Below, piece by piece: positions 30,399 through 38,569 of a stretch of 64,000 nt of DNA. Each line of letters starts with the position of its first letter. Positions within the stretch are counted from its first letter, which is position 1. The notes beneath the pieces are model-generated. The model saw only the letters and a program-made list of their open reading frames with translations, was not told the DNA's origin and made no database searches. The stretch is from Hyphomicrobium sp. (GTDB taxonomy: Bacteria > Pseudomonadota > Alphaproteobacteria > Rhizobiales > Hyphomicrobiaceae), in the NCBI GenBank assembly GCA_031367425.1, contig JANLPU010000047.1, positions 60,932 to 124,931 of the forward strand, read 5' to 3'. Made by a program: the position numbers and the translations under genes.

Positions 30399-31595
30399 TC
30401 AAGTTGAGAACGGCTGTCGAGGCTTTGCCAGTACACCCCCGGTCAGCGGATGCGCAACGCCCGTGGTATCGGGAAACGAGATCGGCAACCCGCGCAAAGA
30501 GCGCACAGCCAGATACGCCCAGGCTTCGGCTTCCAGGCTGTCGCCGTTAAAGCCAACCGCTTCGGCTGGCACGACGGCGTTTTCAACGAGCCCCGCGATT
30601 TTTGCCATCAGCGTCTTGTTACGCCGTCCGCCGCCGCAGATGACCCACAGCTGCGGCAGTGCTGGAAACAACGACACAGATCCAGCGATAGAGCGTGCCG
30701 TCACTTCGCTCAAAGTTGCCGCGCCGTCTTCAGGCGCTAGTCCATTGACGAGATCGAGATTGAAAGCGTTGCGGTCGAGAGATTTCGGCGCCAAGAGATG
30801 AAAATAAGGGTCGGACAGGTATTTGGCGACGACCATATCGTCGGCCCGGCCGCGCGCCGCCAGCGCCCCGCCATCATCGAAGTTCAGACCGGTCTTCAGG
30901 CGCACCCAATCATCGATCAAAGCGTTACCCGGGCCGGTGTCGAAGGCAACGAGCCGGTCATCGCGGCCGATCCACGTGACATTGGCGACGCCGCCGATAT
31001 TGACGATGGCGAGCGGCCGTTGCGGAATTTTAGCAGCCAGCGCGCGGTGGTACACGGGCACGAGGGGCGCGCCCTGGCCGCCAGCTTCGACGTCGGCCGC
31101 GCGCAGATCGTAGACGACCGGGCAACGGGTCAGTTCGGCCAGCATCTCGCCGAGCCCGAGTTGTATTGTCAGCATTCCTTCGACCACGAACGGTACAACG
31201 CGTGGCGTGTCGAGTACCGCCCTTGGCTCTGTTGTTCCCACGTAACTGTGCGAGACCGACCTATGCAGCACGGTGTGGCCATGAAAGCCGATGACGTCGA
31301 TAGACTTGCGATCGATCCCCCGCTTGCGCAGGAAATGCGACACAGCTGCGCCGTGAACTTCCGTCAACTCGCGGTCGGCGTGCGGAACGGACCCCGGGCG
31401 CTCGTTTCGGCTTTTCATATAGCTGGCGTCGACCACGGCCGCGCGCAGCAGCTGGCGTAACTCTTCGGTATAGGGGAACGTCATGGCCGGGCCGCGCTCG
31501 ACCCGATCCTCGCCATCGGTCTCGATCAGAGCCACATCGATGCCATCCATCGACGTGCCGCTCATCAGCCCCAGAGCCCGCATCATCTTGCCCAT
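30399..31595 (-). CDS. anmK: Anhydro-N-acetylmuramic acid kinase
   Basis: [25 protein letters not shown] and [10 protein letters not shown]. The start lies among ATGs at 31595, 31586 and 31583. Confidence 0.9.
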   Translation of the reverse strand: MGKMMRALGLMSGTSMDGIDVALIETDGEDRVERGPAMTFPYTEELRQLLRAAVVDASYMKSRNERPGSVPHADRELTEVHGAAVSHFLRKRGIDRKSIDVIGFHGHTVLHRSVSHSYVGTTEPRAVLDTPRVVPFVVEGMLTIQLGLGEMLAELTRCPVVYDLRAADVEAGGQGAPLVPVYHRALAAKIPQRPLAIVNIGGVANVTWIGRDDRLVAFDTGPGNALIDDWVRLKTGLNFDDGGALAARGRADDMVVAKYLSDPYFHLLAPKSLDRNAFNLDLVNGLAPEDGAATLSEVTARSIAGSVSLFPALPQLWVICGGGRRNKTLMAKIAGLVENAVVPAEAVGFNGDSLEAEAWAYLAVRSLRGLPISFPDTTGVAHPLTGGVLAKPRQPFST

Positions 31596-31652
31596 TTGGC
31601 CCTTCCCGTGCTTGGGTGCGCCCGCACCTCTTTTCAACACGCAAGATATCCG

Positions 31653-32897
31653 ATGAGCCAATCAAAATCAGAATTTTTGAAGATCATGAGCGAACGCGGG
31701 TTTGTTCATCAAATCTCGGATCTCGCCGGTCTCGACAAGCTGGCGCAAGAAGGCCGGCTCGTCGCCTATGTCGGCTATGACTGCACCGCGCCGTCGCTGC
31801 ACGTTGGCTCGCTGATCTCGATCATGATGCTGACCTGGTTGCAGCAGACCGGCGGCAAGCCGATCGCGCTGATGGGCGGTGGCACAACGCGCGTCGGCGA
31901 TCCGTCCGGCAAAGACGAAACGCGACAACTGCGAACCGTCGCCGAAATCGACGCCAACAAAGACGGCATGAAACAGGTCTTCGCGCGCTTTTTAAAGTTC
32001 GGCAGCGGCCCAACCGACGCGATCATGGTGGACAACGCGGAGTGGCTCGCGCCGCTCAACTACATCGATTTCCTGCGCGACGTTGGCCGACACTTTTCCG
32101 TCAACCGCATGTTGACGATGGACTCGGCCAAGATGCGGCTCGAGCGCGAGCAGGAACTCTCGTTCATCGAATTCAACTACATGCTGTTGCAGGCCTACGA
32201 CTTCGTGGAGCTGGCGCGCCGCACCGGCTGCAACTTGCAGATGGGCGGATCGGACCAGTGGGGCAACATCGTCACCGGCATCGATCTTGGCCGCCGCATG
32301 GGCCACAAAGATCAGCTCTATGCGCTCACCTGTCCGCTGCTGACGACAGCGTCGGGCGCCAAGATGGGCAAGACCGCTGCGGGTGCCGTATGGCTCAACG
32401 AGGCGCAGCTTTCGGCCTATGATTATTGGCAATACTGGCGCAACAGCGAAGACGCCGACGTCGAGCGGTTCTTAAAGTTGTTCACGATGCTGCCGTTGGG
32501 CGAGATCGCCAAGTTGGCGGCATTGCAAGGCGCCGAAATCAACGAGGCCAAGAAGGTTCTGGCAACAGAAGCGACCGCGCTGATCCACGGCCGCGACAAA
32601 GCCCAGGCTGCAGCCGAGACCGCCAAAAAAACATTTGAGCACGGCGAGGCGGCCGAGGGCTTGCCGATTTACACAGCCCAAATCGGCGACGGCATTGGCA
32701 TTTTGAAACTGTTCGTGGATGCGGGACTGGCGACTTCCAACAGCGAAATCCGCAAGGCGATTGCGAATAACGCGATCTCGATCAACGACACCAAGGTGAC
32801 CGACGCCGCTTATGTGTTGACGGACAAAGATTTGCGCGATGGCCAGGTCAAATTGTCATTCGGCAAGAAGAAGCATGTGCTGCTGAAGCCCGAGTAA
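31653..32897 (+). CDS. tyrS: Tyrosine--tRNA ligase
   Basis: It has a HIGH-region variant ([16 protein letters not shown]), KMGKT (KMSKS motif) and a C-terminal S4-like domain. Confidence 0.96.
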   Translation: MSQSKSEFLKIMSERGFVHQISDLAGLDKLAQEGRLVAYVGYDCTAPSLHVGSLISIMMLTWLQQTGGKPIALMGGGTTRVGDPSGKDETRQLRTVAEIDANKDGMKQVFARFLKFGSGPTDAIMVDNAEWLAPLNYIDFLRDVGRHFSVNRMLTMDSAKMRLEREQELSFIEFNYMLLQAYDFVELARRTGCNLQMGGSDQWGNIVTGIDLGRRMGHKDQLYALTCPLLTTASGAKMGKTAAGAVWLNEAQLSAYDYWQYWRNSEDADVERFLKLFTMLPLGEIAKLAALQGAEINEAKKVLATEATALIHGRDKAQAAAETAKKTFEHGEAAEGLPIYTAQIGDGIGILKLFVDAGLATSNSEIRKAIANNAISINDTKVTDAAYVLTDKDLRDGQVKLSFGKKKHVLLKPE

Positions 32898-32920
32898 CGC
32901 GGCTGCAAAAGCGCGACTGA

Positions 32921-33045
32921 TCCCCTCTCCCCATTTCTACGCTTTAATGGGGAGAGGGCTAGGGTGAGGGGCAGCCGCTCGTTCCGCGCTTGTTGCCGCC
33001 CCTCACCCTGGCCCTCTCCCCGTGAAGGACGGGGCGAGGGGAATA
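32921..33045. repeat. Mosaic palindromic repeat element, copy 2 (full ~125 bp), between convergent tyrS and the AsmA-like gene
   Basis: CCCCTCTCCCC-loop-GGGGAGAGGGCTAGGGTGAGGGG-27nt-CCCCTCACCCTGGCCCTCTCCCC-loop-GGGGCGAGGGGA. It is near-collinear with 63220..63345. Confidence 0.85.
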
Positions 33046-33048
33046 ATC

Positions 33049-36000
33049 TTAGTTGCGGGCGCCAGGCCCTGACGTCGATGACGACCAGCCGTCGACTTTT
33101 CCCGGCACTGCCCGCGCGCCCGGCGAGCGCTTTTGCACGGCCTCTCCCGCCGGCGGGCTCGATGCCCGCACCCGCTCCTCGACAGGTTTGGCCGACCCCT
33201 TCTCGTCACGCACCTGCACCTTGGGATCGGACGTCGTCATCTGGAATAATTCGCGGAAGATGCCCGGTGCCACGATCGACAGCGGATTGACGATAACTTG
33301 CGGCTCAGACATCGCCCCTTGCACGGCAAACGTGATGCCGAAAATTCCCTCGCCATTAGCGCCCGAAATGATTTGGCCGAGTAACGGAATGCCGCCCAGC
33401 GCCCCGTTCAAACCTTGCAACGGAATATAGGTGCCGCCGAGATTGACGCGGCGGGTTTTGAAATCCACTTTGCCGCGCACGTTGGCGCCGACGAGCGGAC
33501 CTTTAAGATAGGAATCTTCCAGAACGAATTGGCCGTAGCCAATCGAGAACGGCGCGCGCAGCCGATCAAACTCAAACACTTCGCGCGTCACGTTTTTCTT
33601 ACCCGGTCCCTTTGCCTGCTCGGCACTGCTGACGACTTCAGACACGATCGAGTCGCCCAGAACGCGGAAATTCTCGGTCCACAAAATTCCGGTCTTTTCT
33701 GCCGGACCTTTGCCGTCGAGGTTGACTTCGAGTTTGAGGTGCCCGCCCTGCAGATTGGGATAAAAACCTGCAAATTTCATCGTTTGTCCGGCGTCGTTTG
33801 ACTCAGCGATCAAGTGGCGGGGTGCGCCTGGCTTATTGTCGAGACCGACCGTCAGCGGCGCGCCACCATCGAGCGTTCCGCGCACGTCCAGCGCCTGCAA
33901 CTTCTCGCCGCGCGACGACAGCTTGAGTTTGACGCTGCGCATGGACACATCCGACGATCCGATGACGTTGTCGACGTCGGCTGTCACATCGACGCCAGCC
34001 GCCGGCCGCAGCGCTTTGACCTTGCGCTCGCCATTGTCTCCGACCGCTAACAGCGCGCGAAAAAGATCGCGGCCGTCGAAGTTCGTGCCGTGCGCTTTGA
34101 CCTGCCAGATGTCTTCTGAGCTTCGCGTCCCTTGCAGCTCAAGATGGGAGATGAGATTGAGCGAAAATTGCGGGAAGGAAAATTCGCGCATTTTGGTGTC
34201 GGCACCAATGCCGAGCCAGCCTTCGATGGCGATGTCGTCGCCTGAAACTTTGAGGTTCTGCAATTCCATTTTGTGCGTCTTGCCGCTGACGAGATCGGCT
34301 TCAACGATCGCCGACCGGCCTTGCGCTTTCTTCCACGCCAACTGTTCGATGACGAGTTCGGCGTTGGTCAGATCTGCTTTCAGCTTGATGACCGGCTCAG
34401 GCCGCGCGCCCTTTTGCAGCGAAATTTCGACCGGCACCGCACCGCGCACGAGGTCGTTGATATCGAGGCCGAGTTGGGTGCGGTCGGCGTCGTCGAGGGT
34501 TGCGGTGACTTTGAGCGGCGGCTGTTTGTCATTGTCGGCCCCGAAAATGCGCTGCGCGGTGATTTTCGCTGGCACGCCGTTGACCAGCAGATCGCCTTTC
34601 GCATCGATGGTCTTATCCGTCGCCTCGACCGCCAAAGTGAAGCCTTGAACGTCGAACTGGCCGCCAATCTTGCCGAACCGGCCGTCGGTAATTTTGGCTT
34701 TGCCTTCGAAGTTGATCTCGTCTGGATTGATGTTGGGGCCCAAAGGCATCTTCAATTTGATTTGCGCATCGACCTTGCCCTCGCCGGCCTTTGGTAAGGG
34801 CGAAGCGTCTGTTATCGCTTTAATGGGCAGTGTCTCGAGCGCTTCCATAACGAGCCCGAGCGGGGCTGCGACGGAAAACGCAATTTCCCCCTGCGGCCGA
34901 TCGGGCGAAATGTCGGCGGCAGCAACGCGCAACGCTTTGATCGGGATGCGGCGGTTGCCTGGCAGCACAGCGGCTGCTTCCGGCACGGCAATTTCGAGCG
35001 CGTTATTTTCCAACCTGATCAGCGCGCGCGGCGCCGTCACTTGCCCCATCCGGTCATTGGGCACCGCAACCAAATCTGCGAACTCGAATGTTGCCGACAG
35101 CCGCTGGCCGGATTCCGATAAGGCTGGCGCCTCGCCGGTCAAGAATTCGCCGCTGGCGAAGGTTACCTTGCCGCCTTTAAAATCCGCAGATGTCACTTTT
35201 TCACCGACCATAATGCGGGCGGCTGGTGCCACCGCGCGCGGCCAAAGCGCCTTGAGGGTCGCGAGCGGCATTGGCGATATCGTCAGATCGGCACGCGAAC
35301 TCTGGCCTGAGGGGCCCGCGCGCGTCATGCCCTTGAGCAGCGCTTCGCCGCCACCGCCTTTGATGCGGAATTCACTGACGTTGACGGTTCCCTGGCGCGG
35401 AATGATATCGCCGGCGGCCGTCCACACCTCGAGGGTGACCGGTGCGACTTTGAATTCGTTGGCTTCGATGGTGGCGTTTTTGCCATCGAGGGTGAAGTGC
35501 CAGACCGGCGGGCTTTTAGCGGTTGCGATATCGCGCATCGCGCCGCTGAACAAAACGTTGCCACCGCCCCACTTGACCGGACTCGAGCTCAGTTGCCAAC
35601 GGCGTTCGCGGCCGTCAAACGACAGGCGGAAAAGCCCGGCTGTAACATCGAGTGACGCACTTTTGAGGTCTGGAACTTCGATGCGACCGGGTCCCATTTC
35701 AACGGCGATCTCGGCCTGGCCGACATCGCCATCGGCGGTCAGATCGATCGTGGCATCGCCAGCAACCCCCATGTCGAACATGCGCAGCATCGCCAGCGGT
35801 GGAGCTGCCGCCGCTAACGTCGAAGGCACCAGATCGCGCACCGTTGTTTTGACGACGAGCTTATCGTCTTGATCGGATTGATCGGTGAGGAACGATACCG
35901 ACCAGGGCCCGCGTGCCGACGACACGGTGGCACGGCCGGAAACGACGCTGCGGTTGCGGCCGTGATCGAAATCGACGTCGATCGACGGCACCTGCCAGGA

Positions 36001-37011
36001 ACTTTTTTGTCCGGCATATTCAAGCGCGACCGTGGCATTGCGTAACCCGAACTCGGTCAGGTAGGACGTGGCACCCATGCGCTGTCTGGCGCGGCGGGAG
36101 GCGTCGCTCAACATGCGCGCCAAGCTGATTTGTTTGACCGGAGTGCCGACTGCAACGTCGGCGTTTTTGATCCCACCCTTGGCCGTACCATTGGCCACGC
36201 TATTGGGTGGCGTGGCGGCAGCGCCGGGTGCTTGTCCCGACAGCTTTTGGCCGTCGGCTTTTTCCGGTGCATCGCCGTCGGCTGGCCCGTCCGCTGGCGA
36301 TTCTGCCGTGGCACTTAAAGCTAGACCGTTCTCGTCGGTGTAAAGCAGCTTGATGACCGGGTCGATCAATTCGATCCGCGCCGGCACGATGCGCCCGCTC
36401 CACAATGCGGCGGTCGAAATATTGACGGCGGCTAAGGGCGCAGTCGCGACCGCGTCGCCGTCTTTCTCGAGCACGCTGACATTGCGCAGGCGGAACTCGA
36501 GCGCGCCATCGGCACCCAGCCGCAACTCAGCGCCTTTGATTTTGACCGAGTTGTTGAGCAGCTCAGCATTGATGCCGCGCTCCATCGGCGGCACCAGTAC
36601 GTCAAATGAAATCGGCCCGTGGCGCAATCGCACGTAAAGAACGCCGAGCCCGATCGATACCAGCATGAGTGTGGGAATGATCATATAAAGGGCGATCTTT
36701 GCCGCCTTGAAGCAGTGCGCGGCAACGGCGCTGCCCCCTGACGCCACCTCGGATGCGGGTGGGCCTGTAACCGCTTGATCGACGTGTGCTGTTTTACCGG
36801 CGGCACCGCCGTTCGCGCCTTTGCCTGGACGCGCCTTGTCTGGACGCACCGTGTCTGGACGCACCGTGTCTGGCCGAGCCGTGTCTGGCCGCGCCGTCAC
36901 GGGACGCTGGGTCTGCGGTCGCGGTTGGGCGGAACCGGAAACTCCCGTGCTGGGCGTTCCAGTAACGGGTCCTCCAGTGTTTGATCGTGGCCCTGTTGGT
37001 CCTGCCGTCAA
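33049..37011 (-). CDS. Large AsmA-like / DUF3971-type envelope protein (YhdP-like)
   Basis: 1320 aa with one N-terminal TM (YMIIPTLMLVSIGLGVLYV), a long beta-rich body, and a C-terminal AsmA_2-like block (GTYIPLQGLNGALGGIPLLGQI...GITFAVQGAMSEPQVIVNPLS). The N-terminal Pro/Thr-rich 100 aa and the exact start are uncertain. Confidence 0.8.
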   Translation of the reverse strand: MTAGPTGPRSNTGGPVTGTPSTGVSGSAQPRPQTQRPVTARPDTARPDTVRPDTVRPDKARPGKGANGGAAGKTAHVDQAVTGPPASEVASGGSAVAAHCFKAAKIALYMIIPTLMLVSIGLGVLYVRLRHGPISFDVLVPPMERGINAELLNNSVKIKGAELRLGADGALEFRLRNVSVLEKDGDAVATAPLAAVNISTAALWSGRIVPARIELIDPVIKLLYTDENGLALSATAESPADGPADGDAPEKADGQKLSGQAPGAAATPPNSVANGTAKGGIKNADVAVGTPVKQISLARMLSDASRRARQRMGATSYLTEFGLRNATVALEYAGQKSSWQVPSIDVDFDHGRNRSVVSGRATVSSARGPWSVSFLTDQSDQDDKLVVKTTVRDLVPSTLAAAAPPLAMLRMFDMGVAGDATIDLTADGDVGQAEIAVEMGPGRIEVPDLKSASLDVTAGLFRLSFDGRERRWQLSSSPVKWGGGNVLFSGAMRDIATAKSPPVWHFTLDGKNATIEANEFKVAPVTLEVWTAAGDIIPRQGTVNVSEFRIKGGGGEALLKGMTRAGPSGQSSRADLTISPMPLATLKALWPRAVAPAARIMVGEKVTSADFKGGKVTFASGEFLTGEAPALSESGQRLSATFEFADLVAVPNDRMGQVTAPRALIRLENNALEIAVPEAAAVLPGNRRIPIKALRVAAADISPDRPQGEIAFSVAAPLGLVMEALETLPIKAITDASPLPKAGEGKVDAQIKLKMPLGPNINPDEINFEGKAKITDGRFGKIGGQFDVQGFTLAVEATDKTIDAKGDLLVNGVPAKITAQRIFGADNDKQPPLKVTATLDDADRTQLGLDINDLVRGAVPVEISLQKGARPEPVIKLKADLTNAELVIEQLAWKKAQGRSAIVEADLVSGKTHKMELQNLKVSGDDIAIEGWLGIGADTKMREFSFPQFSLNLISHLELQGTRSSEDIWQVKAHGTNFDGRDLFRALLAVGDNGERKVKALRPAAGVDVTADVDNVIGSSDVSMRSVKLKLSSRGEKLQALDVRGTLDGGAPLTVGLDNKPGAPRHLIAESNDAGQTMKFAGFYPNLQGGHLKLEVNLDGKGPAEKTGILWTENFRVLGDSIVSEVVSSAEQAKGPGKKNVTREVFEFDRLRAPFSIGYGQFVLEDSYLKGPLVGANVRGKVDFKTRRVNLGGTYIPLQGLNGALGGIPLLGQIISGANGEGIFGITFAVQGAMSEPQVIVNPLSIVAPGIFRELFQMTTSDPKVQVRDEKGSAKPVEERVRASSPPAGEAVQKRSPGARAVPGKVDGWSSSTSGPGARN
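36821..36895. repeat. 5 x 15-bp tandem repeat in the N-terminal coding region of the AsmA-like gene (RPDT(A/V) x5)
   Basis: TTGCCTGGACGCGCC TTGTCTGGACGCACC GTGTCTGGACGCACC GTGTCTGGCCGAGCC GTGTCTGGCCGCGCC. Confidence 0.9.
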
Positions 37012-37353
37012 ACTTGTTCCTCACCACCGGCCGGCGTCTGAAAGGGTGCCACGACCCTGGCCGACGAGATGTTCGTTATTGCTGCAATCACAGATACTTC
37101 TACCGCTCTTAACGCTTTGGCCAAATTCGATGCGTGTGCGATTGGGCGACCGCGCCAGAGCGCCCGGTCCTGTCGCGATTGCTGCACAACTCCATGGCAG
37201 GGATGAATGCGCTTAAGGTCTATTTCGCGCCGCCACAGCGGCAGCGCAAATGACTCTTCGATCAAGCTAAAATGCTCTATCTTCCAAACCCTTCGCACGG
37301 ACTCATTGGGATGCACGTGCCAGTTTAAAAACGACAAAAGAAAGGCATCGCAC

Positions 37354-37824
37354 ATGGCGCAAGACGGCCATCCGGCTCCAGACTTCAAGCTCCCGGACGA
37401 AACCGGCAATATGGTTACATTATCGGAGCTTAAAGGCGCGCCGGTGGTGCTGTATTTCTACCCCAAGGACGACACATCGGGATGCACAGCACAGGCGAAA
37501 GACTTTTCCTGCCTAGCCGATAGTTTCAAGGCGGTCGGCGCGCATTTGATCGGGGTTTCGCCCGATAGTTCTGCAACCCACGTCAAATTCATAGCCAAAC
37601 ACGACCTCGCCGTCCGCCTCTTGGCAGATGAGGAGAAGACGACGGCCGGCGCCTATGGGGTGTGGGTGGAAAAGTCCATGTACGGCAAAAAATAAATGGG
37701 GGTCGAACGATCGACTTTCCTCATTGATAAGGCTGGGCGGATCGCGCAAAGCTGGCGTAAGGTCAAGGTGCCGGGTCACGCCGATGAGGTGTTCGCGGCG
37801 GTCAAGCTCCTGAACGGTAGCTAG
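37354..37824 (+). pseudogene. bcp: Peroxiredoxin Bcp interrupted by a single in-frame TAA (37693..37695)
   Basis: The ORF reads MAQDGHPAPDFKLPDETG...YFYPKDDTSGCTAQ...VWVEKSMYGKK-TAA-MGVERSTFLIDKAGRIAQSWRKVKVPGHADEVFAAVKLL. Both halves are in the same frame, and the stop sits where Bcp proteins carry Tyr/Phe. Confidence 0.85.
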
Positions 37825-38054
37825 CTCAGGCGGCAAACCGATAGTGGATCGATTGCCACACTCCTGGCACATGATTGGGGTAGGGCTGCCGAATTCAGGG
37901 GATTAGCGGTGGATAGGCGTCTGCTTAGGCAGACCTGATAAAAGTTTGATGATAGGCGAATCAGCAGTGCTCGTCGCGGGCGGGGTGTGGTGCGTGCGGC
38001 TAAAGGATGAGTGCGGCTCAATTGCAGCAGTTGTATTCAGAGGGGTGTGAAAGC

Positions 38055-38549
38055 ATGTTGCCGAATTTCCGCAAAAACGAGACGGACGCCAAGATCCAAC
38101 CGACGTTCGCGGCCAACGATCCGACAAATCCATTTTCCGCGCGTCCGGTCGTGACGGCGGCTCGCTCAGGCGACCGCCCCCAGGTTTCCGTCATCGGGCC
38201 GGACTTGACAATTACCGGCAATCTGATCTCGAAGGGCGAAGTCCAGATCGACGGCATCGTCGAAGGCGACATTCACGGCAGTCATGTCATCGTTGGCGAA
38301 AGCGCCAGCATCACCGGCGGCATCATCTCTGAAGAAGTCGTCATTCGCGGTCACGTCATGGGCTCCATCCGCAGCAAGCGCGTGATGTTGCAGTCGACGA
38401 GCCAAGTCGACGGCGACATCTATCATCAAGCGCTCTCGATCGAGCAAGGCGCGATGTTCGAAGGCAAATCACGCCGTTCGAACGATGATCCGCGCACCAT
38501 CGTGCTCAAGAACGAGGGCCACTTGCCGCCAGACTTGCCAACGCACTGA
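38055..38549 (+). CDS. Bactofilin (polymer-forming cytoskeletal protein)
   Basis: Has the DUF583 beta-helix repeat pattern ITGNLISKGEVQIDGIVEGDIHGSHVIVGESASITGGIISEEVVIRGHVMGSI. Confidence 0.85.
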   Translation: MLPNFRKNETDAKIQPTFAANDPTNPFSARPVVTAARSGDRPQVSVIGPDLTITGNLISKGEVQIDGIVEGDIHGSHVIVGESASITGGIISEEVVIRGHVMGSIRSKRVMLQSTSQVDGDIYHQALSIEQGAMFEGKSRRSNDDPRTIVLKNEGHLPPDLPTH

Positions 38550-38569
38550 AAATTCACCGATCAAAAAAT

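Noticed and set aside
32964-33290. ORFs translated across the mosaic repeats (32964..33290, 33003..33209, 63276..63518, 63515..63793, 63624..63830, 22978..23313)
   Set aside because: Their Pro/Ser/Gly/Arg-rich PSPxxGRGEG-type sequences come directly from the palindromic repeat arms on either strand. They also overlap real genes (AsmA-like, thiC).
34670-35872. 400-aa ORF antisense to the AsmA-like gene, with several shorter ones nearby
   Set aside because: It has Ser/Ala/Pro-rich composition, no start context and no motifs. The minus-strand 1320-aa ORF explains the region.
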